From the NCBI GenBank assembly GCA_963665325.3, contig CAXXWS020000002.1, forward strand, positions 448,001 to 512,000: a stretch of 64,000 bases of DNA. Direction: 5' to 3'. Every line of letters starts with the position of its first letter. Position 1 is the stretch's first letter. The stretch comes from Alphaproteobacteria bacterium. Lineage in GTDB: Bacteria > Pseudomonadota > Alphaproteobacteria > Bin95. This document shows, in pieces, positions 1-9,872 of the stretch. The position numbers were made by a program, and so were the translations under genes. The notes beneath the pieces were generated by a model. It was given only the letters and a program-made list of their open reading frames with translations, ran no database searches and had not been told where the DNA came from.

Positions 1-1548
1 GCCCGCTACAACATGGCCGAGCATGCCTGCGAGCGGCATGTGGGCAGCACCCGGCCGGCGATGATTTGCCCGGACCCGGCGGGCGGCGAGCCGCGCCTCT
101 GGTCGTTTCGGGAACTTTCCCGGTTATCCAACCGGCTTGCCAATGCACTCGCCGCCGCCGGCATCGGGCGCGGCGACCGGGTTGCCGTGCTGCTGGGGCA
201 GGGCGTGGAAACCGGGCTAGCCCATCTCGCCGCCTACAAGCTCGGGGCGGTGGCGCTGCCGCTGTTCACGCTGTTCGGCGAAGAGGCGCTGTCGTACAGG
301 CTCCGCCATTCCGGCGCGAAGGCGCTGATTACGGATGCGGAAGGCCGCGAAAAAGTGGCCGCGCTCGACCTGCCGGACCTCTCGACGGTGATCGCGGAGG
401 GCTTCTGGGAGGTGCTGGAGCGCGGCTCGGACCGCTTCGAGATGGCCGATACCGGCCCCGACGACCCGGCTCTGCTGATCTACACCTCCGGCACGACCGG
501 GCCGCCCAAGGGGGCGCTGCACGGCCACCGGGTGCTGCCGGGGCATCTGCCGGGCGTGGCGCTGCCGCAGGAGTTCTTTCCGCAACCGGGGGACCTGTTC
601 TGGACGCCGGCGGACTGGGCGTGGGCCGGCGGGCTGCTGGACGTGCTGCTGCCGGCTTGGGCGGCGGGCGTGCCGGTGCTGGCCTCGCGTGCGGGCAAGT
701 TCGACCCGGAGGAGGCGTTCGCTCTCATCGCGCGCCACGGTGTGCGCAACGCCTTCCTGCCGCCGACTGCGCTAAAGATGATGCGCCAGGCGTCGGACGC
801 CGCGCAGCGCACGCCCGGCCTTGCCATGCGCAGCATCGGCAGCGGCGGCGAGAGCCTGGGCGAGGAGCTGCTCGGCTGGGGTCGCGATGTGTTCGGCCTC
901 ACGATCAACGAGTTCTACGGCCAGACGGAATGCAACCTGGTGATCGGCAATTGCGCGAGTCTGTTTCCTGTCCGGCCCGGCTGGCTCGGGCGCGCCATTC
1001 CCGGCCATGAGGTCGCGGTGCTGGACGGCGCCGGCAACCCGCTGCCGCCCGGCGAATCGGGCGAGATCGCCGTGCGTCGCCCGGACCCGGTCATGTTCCT
1101 CGGCTACTGGCAGGACCCCGACGCGACGGCGGCCAAGTTCAACGGCGAGTGGCTGCTGACCGGCGATCTCGGCGTGCAGGACGAGGACGGCGCCTTCCGC
1201 TTCGTCGGGCGCGAGGACGATGTGATTTCCTCTGCCGGCTACCGCATCGGCCCCGGCGAGATCGAGGAATGCCTGATGGGCCATCCGGCGGTCGCCATGG
1301 CCGCGGCCGTCGGCGCTCCGGATCCGGTGCGCGGCGACATCGTGAAGGCATTCGTGGTGCTGCGCGAGGGCGAGGCGCCGACGGAGGCGCTGGAGGTCGT
1401 GCTCCGCTCCCATGTCCGCGAGCGCCTTTCCGCACATGAATATCCCCGCGCGGTCGAGTTCGTGGGCGAGTTGCCGATGACCGCCACCGGCAAGATCCGC
1501 CGCCGCGACCTGCGCCAGCGGGAGCGCGAGAAGGCGGGCCTCTCGTGA
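1..1548 (+). CDS. AMP-dependent acyl-CoA synthetase (5' end probably outside window)
   Basis: AMP-binding motifs YTSGTTGPPKG, YGQTE, TGD and GYRIGPGEIE; frame is open from base 1. Confidence 0.93.
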   Translation, partial: ARYNMAEHACERHVGSTRPAMICPDPAGGEPRLWSFRELSRLSNRLANALAAAGIGRGDRVAVLLGQGVETGLAHLAAYKLGAVALPLFTLFGEEALSYRLRHSGAKALITDAEGREKVAALDLPDLSTVIAEGFWEVLERGSDRFEMADTGPDDPALLIYTSGTTGPPKGALHGHRVLPGHLPGVALPQEFFPQPGDLFWTPADWAWAGGLLDVLLPAWAAGVPVLASRAGKFDPEEAFALIARHGVRNAFLPPTALKMMRQASDAAQRTPGLAMRSIGSGGESLGEELLGWGRDVFGLTINEFYGQTECNLVIGNCASLFPVRPGWLGRAIPGHEVAVLDGAGNPLPPGESGEIAVRRPDPVMFLGYWQDPDATAAKFNGEWLLTGDLGVQDEDGAFRFVGREDDVISSAGYRIGPGEIEECLMGHPAVAMAAAVGAPDPVRGDIVKAFVVLREGEAPTEALEVVLRSHVRERLSAHEYPRAVEFVGELPMTATGKIRRRDLRQREREKAGLS

Positions 1549-1598
1549 ATGCCTCCACGGCAGACCGCAACTCGGCCCGCAGGTAGCGTGCCTACCCG

Positions 1599-2834
1599 AT
1601 GAACACGACGGCCCTCATCGTCACGGTCTGCGTCGCCCAGTTCATCGGAATGATGGGCTCCACCACATTCAACGGCCTTCTTCCCGTTCTCCGGGATGAG
1701 TGGGGGATGAGCAACACCCAGGGCGGTTTGATGTCCGGCATCATCTTCGGCGTCTATGCGCTCTCGGTGCTGGTGCTGGTGACGGCGACCGACAGGTTCC
1801 AGGCCCGCCGGATCTACCTGATCGGCGTCTTCGCCAGCACGGTCAGCCATCTGGGCATGGCCTATGTGGCCCATGATTTCGTCACGGGCATGGTGTTCCG
1901 CGCGATTGCCGGCTTCGGCTGGGCGGGGACCTACATGGTCGGGCTCAGGGTGTTGACCGATGAGCTGGAAGGGCGGATGCGGTCGCGCGGCGTGGCCTTT
2001 CACGCGGCCGCGATGGGCACGGGCGGCTCGCTCTCCTTCTTCCTGGCGGGCGAGATCGACCGATGGCTCGGTTGGGAAGCGGCCTTCATGGTCAGCGCGG
2101 CCGGTACGGCAGGCGCTTTTCTGATCGCGCTGGTGCTCTTCCCCCGCCGCGAGCCCACGCCCTCCGGCACGAACCCGTTGGCCGATTTCCGTCATGTGCT
2201 GCGCAACCGCTCGGCGATGGCCTACATCACCTGCTATGGGGTGCACACTTGGGAGATGTTCGCGGTGCGCTCCTGGGCGGTTGCGTTCCTGACTTTCTCG
2301 GCGATGCGCTCCGGCCTCGGGCCGGAATACTGGTTTGCGCCCACCGTGGTCGCCATGCTGATGGAGCTTTTGGGGACCACGAGCAGCCTTGCCGGCAACG
2401 AGCTTGCGATCCGCATCGGCCGCCAGCGCTGGGTATTGCTTGCGATGAGCGTATGCATGGCGCTCGCCTGCGCCACCGGTTTCATCTCCCACTGGGGCTA
2501 CTGGGCGGCGGCAGTACTCTGCATCATCTACAACATGGTGATCTACGCGGACTCGGCGGCCCTCACTGCCGGCACGATCGGCGCCTCGGAGCCCGAACGG
2601 CGCGGCGCCACTCTCGCCGTACACTCGCTGACCGGCTACGGGCTGGGCTTCGTCGGGGCGGTGGTGCTGGGAGGCATCCTCGACGTTATGGGCGGTGAGA
2701 GCGTGCTGGCCTGGGGCGTGGCTTTCGCGCATATAGCTCTGGTGATGGCGCTCGGACCGCTGGCGCTGCTCTTCCTGAAGCCGGCGGACCTTGCGGGCGA
2801 CCGGGCGATCCGTCCCGGGCCGGGGAGGACGTGA
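1599..2834 (+). CDS. MFS transporter
   Basis: 411 aa with ~12 hydrophobic segments and an MFS loop motif (TDRFQARR). Confidence 0.9.
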   Translation: MNTTALIVTVCVAQFIGMMGSTTFNGLLPVLRDEWGMSNTQGGLMSGIIFGVYALSVLVLVTATDRFQARRIYLIGVFASTVSHLGMAYVAHDFVTGMVFRAIAGFGWAGTYMVGLRVLTDELEGRMRSRGVAFHAAAMGTGGSLSFFLAGEIDRWLGWEAAFMVSAAGTAGAFLIALVLFPRREPTPSGTNPLADFRHVLRNRSAMAYITCYGVHTWEMFAVRSWAVAFLTFSAMRSGLGPEYWFAPTVVAMLMELLGTTSSLAGNELAIRIGRQRWVLLAMSVCMALACATGFISHWGYWAAAVLCIIYNMVIYADSAALTAGTIGASEPERRGATLAVHSLTGYGLGFVGAVVLGGILDVMGGESVLAWGVAFAHIALVMALGPLALLFLKPADLAGDRAIRPGPGRT

Positions 2835-3205
2835 CGGCCATGCACGAAGACGAGGTGCTTGCCGCGAACGAGGCTTTCTACCGCGCCTTCGACGACGGCG
2901 ACCGGGATGCGATGCGCAGGCTCTGGGCCGAGCGCGCCCCCGTCGTTTGCGCCCATCCGGGCGGCGCGGCGATCATCGGGCGCGAAGCCGTGCTCGCAAG
3001 CTGGGACGCGATCCTGGGCGCGTCCACACGGCCGGCCATAGTCTGCCTGTCGCCGAACGCGCTGTGCTATGACGGTTTCGCTCTGGTAAGCTGCGTGGAG
3101 CGGCTGGCCGGCGGCGTTCTGGTGGCGACCAACGGGTTCGTGCTGGAGGACGGCGTCTGGCGAATGGCGCTTCACCAGGCCGGCCCGGCGCCCGGAGGCC
3201 GCTGA
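2831..3205 (+). CDS. NTF2/SnoaL-like protein
   Basis: VLAANEAFYRAF...GD...W...HPG...GR..V..SW signature; GTGA overlap with the MFS gene. Confidence 0.85.
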   Translation: MTAMHEDEVLAANEAFYRAFDDGDRDAMRRLWAERAPVVCAHPGGAAIIGREAVLASWDAILGASTRPAIVCLSPNALCYDGFALVSCVERLAGGVLVATNGFVLEDGVWRMALHQAGPAPGGR

Positions 3206-3244
3206 GGCGGCCGTTCCGTTTCCGCGTGGAGGAGAACGCGCACC

Positions 3245-4072
3245 ATGCCGACTGCCCATGTCAACGGCACCGATATATTCTACTCGATCCAGGGGCCGCA
3301 AACCCGGCCGGTCGTGACCCTGTCCCATTCGCTGATGGCGAACCACCGCATGTGGGATGCGCAGATGCCGGCGCTTCGGGACTATTGCGTGCTGCGCTAC
3401 GACACGCGCGGCCACGGCGCCTCGGCGGCCCCGGAAGGCCCCTATTCGCTGGATATGCTGGCCGACGACGCGATTGCCCTGCTCACTGAACTCGGCATCG
3501 AGAAGACGGTGTTCTGCGGGCTCTCAATGGGCGGCATGACCGCCCAGACCTTCGCGCTCAAGCGCCCGGACCTGCTGCGCGGCCTGATCCTCTGCGACAC
3601 CTCCAGCCGCTACGACGCCGAGGCGCGCGAGCAATGGAAGGAGCGCATTGCAGCGGCGGAGGAAAACGGCATCGAGTCCCTCGTCGAAGGCACTATCGAC
3701 CGCTGGTTCTCGCCGGATTTCTGCGAGCATCACGGACAGGAAGTGGATGCCGTCCGCTCCATGATCCGGTCCACGCCGCTCGCCGGTTACAAGGGCTGCG
3801 CGGCGGCCATTTCCAAGCTCGACCTCACCGACCGCCTGCACGAAATTCATGTGCCGACGCTCGCCATCGTCGGCGAGAACGACCCCGGCACGCCGGTGTC
3901 CGCGCATGAGGTGATCGCGAACAAGATCCCTTCGGCGGACCTGCTCGTGCTGCCGCGCGCGCGCCATCTCTCGAATATCGAGGACTCGCTCGGCTTCAAC
4001 ACCGCGCTGCGCGCCTTCCTGATGGAGCACTCAGGCGCCCGCAGCAAGGCGGGGGAGATGTACGGGTTCTGA
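3245..4072 (+). CDS. pcaD: Alpha/beta hydrolase, 3-oxoadipate enol-lactonase-like
   Basis: RYDTRGHG, GLSMGG nucleophile elbow, RWF and HLSNIE motifs. Confidence 0.8.
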   Translation: MPTAHVNGTDIFYSIQGPQTRPVVTLSHSLMANHRMWDAQMPALRDYCVLRYDTRGHGASAAPEGPYSLDMLADDAIALLTELGIEKTVFCGLSMGGMTAQTFALKRPDLLRGLILCDTSSRYDAEAREQWKERIAAAEENGIESLVEGTIDRWFSPDFCEHHGQEVDAVRSMIRSTPLAGYKGCAAAISKLDLTDRLHEIHVPTLAIVGENDPGTPVSAHEVIANKIPSADLLVLPRARHLSNIEDSLGFNTALRAFLMEHSGARSKAGEMYGF

Positions 4073-4102
4073 CCCGCATTTCTCACCAGGGTCATGGTCT
4101 GC

Positions 4103-4129
4103 GCGGTGCTGTCGGCCCGACAGCACCGC
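4103..4129. terminator. Intergenic hairpin between convergent genes
   Basis: Near-perfect palindrome gcggtgctgtcggcccgacagcaccgc; a second hairpin lies at ~4323-4350. Confidence 0.45.
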
Positions 4130-4374
4130 CCTTCGGGTCGCGCCCAGGCGTCCGCCCGCGGCGGCGTAAACGCCGCCATCCAAACAAACTGCCGCGTTGC
4201 GCGCGGCGTCGCGGGCCTCAACCGTAGGCTGTGCTACGCTTTTCGGCCCGCTCCTTGCGGAGCGAACGCCTGAACAGCGACGCAGGCCGTGACCTTGGTG
4301 AGAAATGCGGGCTAACCCGAAAGGGGCCGCATCCTTGCCGGGTGCGGCCCCAATCGGTTCCAGCCGTTACGGCC

Positions 4375-5673
4375 TCAGTCCGCGGCGGCGAGCGCCCGGT
4401 CGAGGTCGGCGATGATGTCGTCGATATGCTCCAGGCCGATGGAGAGGCGCACATATCCGGGCGTGACCCCGGTTGCCGCCTGCTCTTCCTCCGAGAGCTG
4501 CGAGTGGGTGGTGGACGCCGGATGGATGGCGAGGCTGCGCGCGTCGCCGATATTGGCGACATGGAACAGCAGTTCCAGCGCGTCGATAAACGCCCGCCCG
4601 GCCTCCTTGCCGCCCTTGAGCTCGAAGCCCACCAGCGCGCCGTAGCCACCGTCCAGATAGGCGTCGGCCCGGCGTCTCTCCTCCCCGTCCATCAGGCCCG
4701 GATAGATCGTCTTCGCGACCTTGGCGTGGCCGTTCAGGTAGTCGGCTACCGCGGCGGCGTTGCTGTTATGCCGTTCCATGCGCAACGGCAGCGTCTCCAG
4801 CCCTTGCAGCGCCAGGAAGGCGTTCATCGGCGTGGTCGCCGCGCCGAGGTCGCGCAGGAGGGTGGTCCGGGCCTTGATGATGTAGGCAATGGGCCCGAGC
4901 GGCTTGACCGCCTGGGTCCACACGGCGCCGTGATAGCTCGGGTCCGGCTCGTTGAGGTATGGCTGGCGCTCCGGGAATGCCTCCCAGTCGAAATTGCCGC
5001 CGTCGATCAACATGCCACCGATGGAGGTGCCGTGCCCGCCTATATATTTGGTCGTGGAATACATGACGACGGCCGCCCCGTGGTCGAAGGGCCGGCAAAG
5101 CAGCGGCGCGGCGGTGTTGTCCATGATGAGCGGAATGCCGTATTCGCGCCCGATGTCGGCGACCTCCCGGATCGGGAAGACATGGAGCTTCGGGTTCGGC
5201 AGCGTCTCCGCGTAGAAGGCGCGCGTCCTGTCGTCGATGGCGCGGCGGAAGTTCTCGGGGTCCGCCGGATCGACGAAGCGCACTTCGATGCCCTGGTCCT
5301 TCAGCGTATTGGCGAACAGGTTCCAGGTGCCTCCGTAGAGGTCGGTCGCGCTCACCACATTGTCGCCGGCATGGGCGACGTTCTGGAGGGAGAATGCCGT
5401 CGCCGCCTGGCCCGATGCCAGCGCCAGAGCCGCGACCCCGCCTTCCAGCGCCGCCATTCGATCCTCCAACACGGCGTGGGTCGGATTCATGATCCGCGTG
5501 TAGATATTGCCGAGCTCGCTCAGCGCGAACAGGTTCGCGGCGTGCTCGGTATCCCGGAACTGGTAGGACGTGGTCTGGTGGATCGGGACGGCGACCGAAC
5601 CGGTGTTGGGGTCGCCTCGGTGGCCCGCATGGAGCACGATCGTCTCGGGACGCGGGCTGCGGTTGCTTGACAC
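4375..5673 (-). CDS. metY: O-acetylhomoserine aminocarboxypropyltransferase (PLP-dependent)
   Basis: PIHQTTSY, IYTRIMNPT, STTKYIGGHG (PLP lysine) and ANIGDARSL motifs; GTG start at 5673 follows a GAGGAG RBS. Confidence 0.93.
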   Translation of the reverse strand: MSSNRSPRPETIVLHAGHRGDPNTGSVAVPIHQTTSYQFRDTEHAANLFALSELGNIYTRIMNPTHAVLEDRMAALEGGVAALALASGQAATAFSLQNVAHAGDNVVSATDLYGGTWNLFANTLKDQGIEVRFVDPADPENFRRAIDDRTRAFYAETLPNPKLHVFPIREVADIGREYGIPLIMDNTAAPLLCRPFDHGAAVVMYSTTKYIGGHGTSIGGMLIDGGNFDWEAFPERQPYLNEPDPSYHGAVWTQAVKPLGPIAYIIKARTTLLRDLGAATTPMNAFLALQGLETLPLRMERHNSNAAAVADYLNGHAKVAKTIYPGLMDGEERRRADAYLDGGYGALVGFELKGGKEAGRAFIDALELLFHVANIGDARSLAIHPASTTHSQLSEEEQAATGVTPGYVRLSIGLEHIDDIIADLDRALAAAD

Positions 5674-5762
5674 TGGCAGAGAACTCCTCTCTTGCGTGAG
5701 TGGGCGCGGGAACATAAGCGAACGGCTGGGAAAATCAATTCGGGCGGGAGGCCGAACCCAAG

Positions 5763-6125
5763 ATGCAGGTCCTGATTTTGCCGGGCGACGGCATCGGCCC
5801 CGAGATTGCGGGCGCGGCAAGGCGCGGGCTGGAGGCGCTGGACGCCCGGTTCGCGCTCGGGTTGCAGCTCTCGGAAGGCCGCGTTGGCCTCGCGGCGCTC
5901 GAGCGGGACGGCACGACCTGGCCGGATGCCGCAGAAGCAGCGGTGCGCGCGGCGGACCTGACGATCCTGGGTCCGGTCGATACCGCCGCCTATCCTTCGC
6001 CGGAGGAGGGCGGTGTCAATCCGAGCGCCGCCGTCCGCACGCGGCTTGAGCTCTATGCCAACATGCGCCCGAGCCGGGCGCTCAAGGGCGTGCCGGCGCT
6101 GGCGCCCGGCATGGACGTGCTGGGT
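5763..6125 (+). pseudogene. 5' third of an isocitrate/isopropylmalate dehydrogenase-family gene, interrupted
   Basis: LPGDGIGPEI and R..LELYANMRP present; similarity stops at GMDVL, just before the expected RENTEG motif; the rest of the 236-aa ORF is non-homologous read-through. Confidence 0.85.
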
Positions 6126-6297
6126 ACCCGACCGACGCATTCGGAAGATTCGTCAACGAAGCACGTTCGAGGGAGACGGTATTCGCCCGTCATGACGAGG
6201 TCAAGGGGACATCGCAGAAAAAGAGAAGGCCGCCGGTTAGAGCCCAGCGGCCTTCCTGAATGCGGTTTCGCCCTTGCTTCGTTGCCAACCACCCAGT

Positions 6298-6318
6298 GCA
6301 GCAGCAGCAGCAGCAGCA
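6298..6318 (+). repeat. (GCA)7 microsatellite
   Basis: Seven perfect GCA units near the element's left end. Confidence 0.8.
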
Positions 6319-6948
6319 AATCTCAGGCCAATTACCGTCAATCGCGTGACCGGATAATTGGCCGCTGCCGCAGCTTTGTCAAGCGCTGGGTCGGTGGAGC
6401 GGCGCATTTTTCCGCCGCTGCCGGGTTCTCCGTAACTCGATGGAAACACGAGGGTTTTCCAACGCCGGTCTGAACGCCTGCGGATCGGTTCCGAAGAGGC
6501 CTTCCCCGAACCCGTCCGGGAAGCGCAAGCGCCGTCCTCGCACTGGCCGGGCCCGGGACGCGGTCGGTAATCATGCGGGCTTTCCCAAGGGCATGCGCCC
6601 CAGGGAGGCCGTCCACCGCGTGAAAAACGAGGTCACGGCAGCCGGCACCGGACGGTGCCGGAACCGCGAGGGCGCGGTCGGGCTGCCCGCCTTCAGGCTC
6701 TTCCCTGTCCACGAATCGGACTGCCTTGCCGGCAGCCGTGCCTTGGTCCGGAGCTCCACGAGCAAGACGGACGGGAGGTTCGGACGGAGTGTCCGGAAGG
6801 TCCGGAAACGCGAAAATGTGCTGCGGCGGATTAGCGCAGCTTTGCCCAATGACTCTCCGGACTGCGCCCGCACAAGAAGGAAGGGCGCCATCGGCCTCGA
6901 CGGGCTGGACGTGTCCGGCGGCAGTCCCGCTGACGAGGGGGCCGCGCG

Positions 6949-8913
6949 ATGACGGAAGCGGCCATGGACGCGATCCCCGAAGCGGTTCGCCAGGCGCTCG
7001 AGGCGACGAGCAGGCGTTACGGCCGGTATTGCCGGCGATCTCGCGAAGCGGCCGAAGATGCGCTGGAGATCGGCCGCGCGCTGCTCTGGATCAAAGAGCA
7101 GATCCGCCACGGGCTCTGGATGCTGGCGCTAACGGCCATGAAGATTTCCTATGACGCCGCCTCACGCCACATGCGTCTCGTGCGGCGCGGCGCCACTGTC
7201 GAAATGATCCAGGAGCATGGCGTCACCGGCGCGCTGATGCTGCTGTCGCAGCCGCGAGCGCCGGCTCCCGAAAAGGCGGCAGGCGACGCCGCGACGGAAG
7301 ACGCTGAATTTTGCAGTTCTGCAAAATTTGAACCGCCGCCGACGGCGCCCGAATCTGGTGAAGCGCCCGCCCCGCCGGACGAATTCGAGGAACCCGTTCC
7401 GGAGGGCGGGGACGCTGGCGAAGGCGATGCCGGCGCCATCGAGGCGGCCTGGCAGACGGTGCGCGAGCGCCTTCGAAGCGAGTTTGCTGATGGCGAGTTC
7501 AAGGACTGGATCGAGCACTGCCGTATCGAGAGGTGCGAGACCGGGGCGGCCGTCATCGCGCCCACTCGCTTGATCGGTGACCGGGTCCGCAAGGAATACG
7601 GCGATCGCATCCGGGACATGTGGAGGCAGCAACTCCCCGATGTGGAGTTGGATTACGGTGTAGCTCCGGAGCGCGGCACGGCACAGGGCAGGCTGGCGAC
7701 GGAACCGGAGCCGGAGGACGACCCGGACGACACACCGCTGTGGCCTTGGCCGCTCGACATGAAGCATTCGGGCGACCGCATGATCAGCTGTCTCATCGCG
7801 CAGGAGATCAAGCTGCCGCAGGCCCGGGAACCGCTCGCCATCCTGGCCTACTGGAACTTCTTTGACCGGGACGGAAAGCAGCGGCCGGCGTCGATACACA
7901 ATGATCGCCTCGCCAAGCTTTTGAACGTCGATGTGCGTACGGTCCAGGGCTGGCTGGACGATTGCCGACGAGCCGGATGGCTACACTCGGTGCCGCAGCG
8001 CGGCACTCTGCCGGATCTGCAATATGTCTGGCCGAACACACCGCCGGAAATACGCCAGCGAAACATGCCGCTTCCCAGAACCTTTGACCGGACGCACCGG
8101 GCGAGCGCCCTGGAGGCTGCCGAATCCGCTGCGGCCAGGCCAGATGGTGAACCCGGCTTCACGCTGGGGGTGAACCTGGCTTCGTCGCGGGGTGAACCCG
8201 GCTTCACCCCGGGGGTGACGCAGGACTCACCCTTAAACGGGAAAGAAACTGGAATTAAAACGGGAAGGAGGGGGACGCGCGCAGGGCGCGAGACCCCGCA
8301 ACCAGATTCCCCCCACCCCCCTGAGGCAATCCGGGCTTTCGGGATCTGGAACGAGGTCGCTGCCGCAACCGGAATGCGGCCGGCAGTCGAACTCGACGCG
8401 GAGCGCGCGGCGAAGCTGGAGGCGCGCGTCCGGGACGCCGGCGGCATGGACGAGTTTCGCGCGGTCTGCGAGCGCGCCGGCAGAAGCAAGGCGCTCACCG
8501 GCAGGAAGCCGGGAAGCTGGCCGGCGGACCTGGATCAGTTTCTGGAGCCGAGGTTCTTCCGCAGGGTCCGCGAGGGCGGTTGGGACGATGCGCCCGGCGA
8601 GTTGGAGCAGGTCACTCAGGCGCTCCGGGATGCTGACCCGGAGGAGCTGCGCGCCGAGGTGCTCATGTCGCCGCTGGCCGATGACGCGCCCGGTTTCGTC
8701 GCGGCGCTTTGCGAGCGGATCGGCGTCGGCTGGGTCCGATCCTGGCTGAAGGACTGCCGGCTCGAATGGCGCGGCGACAGTGACGCCGGGCTGCTATTCG
8801 CCAGCGGCTTCGCGGCAGACCGCGTCGACAGGGACTACGGCGACGCGATCCGCGACCTTTGGCGGGAACTGCACGGCGGCGAGCTTGTCCTGGAAACGAG
8901 GCGGGCGGCGTGA
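6949..8913 (+). CDS. Replication initiator-like protein: DUF3102-like N-terminus, DnaA N-terminal-like domain, HTH, phage Rep C-terminal-like domain, second DnaA_N-like domain
   Basis: IGRALLWIKE..HG.W; W..VRERLRSEF...F..WI...APTRLIGDRVRKEYGDRI; LAKLLNVDVRTVQGWL; SW.ADLD.FL; final SWL...SGFAADRVDRDYGDAI. Confidence 0.72.
   Translation: MTEAAMDAIPEAVRQALEATSRRYGRYCRRSREAAEDALEIGRALLWIKEQIRHGLWMLALTAMKISYDAASRHMRLVRRGATVEMIQEHGVTGALMLLSQPRAPAPEKAAGDAATEDAEFCSSAKFEPPPTAPESGEAPAPPDEFEEPVPEGGDAGEGDAGAIEAAWQTVRERLRSEFADGEFKDWIEHCRIERCETGAAVIAPTRLIGDRVRKEYGDRIRDMWRQQLPDVELDYGVAPERGTAQGRLATEPEPEDDPDDTPLWPWPLDMKHSGDRMISCLIAQEIKLPQAREPLAILAYWNFFDRDGKQRPASIHNDRLAKLLNVDVRTVQGWLDDCRRAGWLHSVPQRGTLPDLQYVWPNTPPEIRQRNMPLPRTFDRTHRASALEAAESAAARPDGEPGFTLGVNLASSRGEPGFTPGVTQDSPLNGKETGIKTGRRGTRAGRETPQPDSPHPPEAIRAFGIWNEVAAATGMRPAVELDAERAAKLEARVRDAGGMDEFRAVCERAGRSKALTGRKPGSWPADLDQFLEPRFFRRVREGGWDDAPGELEQVTQALRDADPEELRAEVLMSPLADDAPGFVAALCERIGVGWVRSWLKDCRLEWRGDSDAGLLFASGFAADRVDRDYGDAIRDLWRELHGGELVLETRRAA
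8146..8270 (+). promoter_or_regulatory. Iteron-type origin candidate inside the rep gene
   Basis: Four GGTGA...TCAC-type quasi-palindromic repeats at 8146, 8169, 8191 and 8214 (22-23 bp period), followed by an A-rich tract at 8233-8270. Confidence 0.7.
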
Positions 8914-8939
8914 GGCAAGAACAGCCGGAGGAGGAAACG

Positions 8940-9311
8940 ATGGAGCGCAGACGGTTGCCATACACAGAGATGCGCGAGGACGTCGATGGCAATTTGCTCT
9001 CGGCAGCCGGATACATCCAGGCCCCCCGCCACCTTACCGTGATACGGCTGAATTCATCGGACGAGATCGAGAGCTTCCGCAAGAACCCGGAGGGCTTTTT
9101 CGCCGAGAGGCACGGCGCGACTGTCGAGCAATATCGCGACTGGATCGACACGGACGGGCGGCCCCGCTGCGCAGGGCGCACGGCGAAAGGCCGTCATTGC
9201 CGCAAACTCGTACCCGGGGCCCGCTTCTGGCCTTTCGATGCCTGGCTCCGCGCGCACCGGCGCAAGTTCTGCGCCGTTCATCGCGGTCCGCTGGACAGGG
9301 CTGACAGATGA
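8940..9311 (+). CDS. Hypothetical protein with a Cys/His motif (C.G.TAKG..C...FCAVH)
   Basis: GGAGG RBS; first of a chain of coupled ORFs downstream of rep. Confidence 0.7.
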   Translation: MERRRLPYTEMREDVDGNLLSAAGYIQAPRHLTVIRLNSSDEIESFRKNPEGFFAERHGATVEQYRDWIDTDGRPRCAGRTAKGRHCRKLVPGARFWPFDAWLRAHRRKFCAVHRGPLDRADR

Positions 9312-9484
9312 CCATCCGCGAGATCGACGTGCATGTCGGCGCGCCCGGCATCCATCGCTGGCACCGCCTCCGGCTGGACCTGCCCGACGATGCGGACCGC
9401 GAAGCGGTGATGAAGGCCGTCGCCGAGGAGTTCGCGCGCCGCGAGGCCGATTTCTATGCCCGACAGGGGAGGTTGCCGCTATGA
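9308..9484 (+). CDS. Small hypothetical protein (58 aa)
   Basis: ATGA overlaps at both ends; MTIREIDVHV... Confidence 0.55.
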   Translation: MTIREIDVHVGAPGIHRWHRLRLDLPDDADREAVMKAVAEEFARREADFYARQGRLPL

Positions 9485-9774
9485 CCCGCGAATCGCTCTT
9501 TCGCAAGAGGCCCCGGAACGCCGCACCGGCAAGCGAGCTGGAGCGCCGGCTGGCCGACTTTCCCGCACTCGTCGAACCGTTCGCCTGCGACCGCCTGGTG
9601 ATGAGAGTGACGAGACCGCGTTCCGACTTCCCCTTCACGATCGGGATATTTCACCGCGATCCCGACCCGTTCGACTACCGCATCGCCGCCAGGACGGCGT
9701 CGGACGCCGCGGCGATCGTCGCCCGCATGCGCGCGCTCGGGCGCGGCGCATGGATCGCGGAGGTGAACGCATGA
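9481..9774 (+). CDS. Hypothetical protein
   Basis: GGAGG RBS and ATGA coupling. Confidence 0.6.
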   Translation: MTRESLFRKRPRNAAPASELERRLADFPALVEPFACDRLVMRVTRPRSDFPFTIGIFHRDPDPFDYRIAARTASDAAAIVARMRALGRGAWIAEVNA

Positions 9775-9872
9775 GCAGGCCGCCGCGCAGGCAAGCACCG
9801 CCGTCTCCGGCAGCAGAACCGACTTCAGCAAATAAATGCAATTTGGGGCCGTCACCTACAGGGAGCACTCCC

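Noticed and set aside
5674-5762. SAM riboswitch upstream of metY
   Set aside because: Only ~90 bp of divergent intergenic space, with no recognisable SAM-II/SAM-SAH consensus
6126-6473. C-terminal half of the 236-aa dehydrogenase ORF, including poly-Ser
   Set aside because: Read-through into element DNA across the (GCA)7 tract; no family motifs
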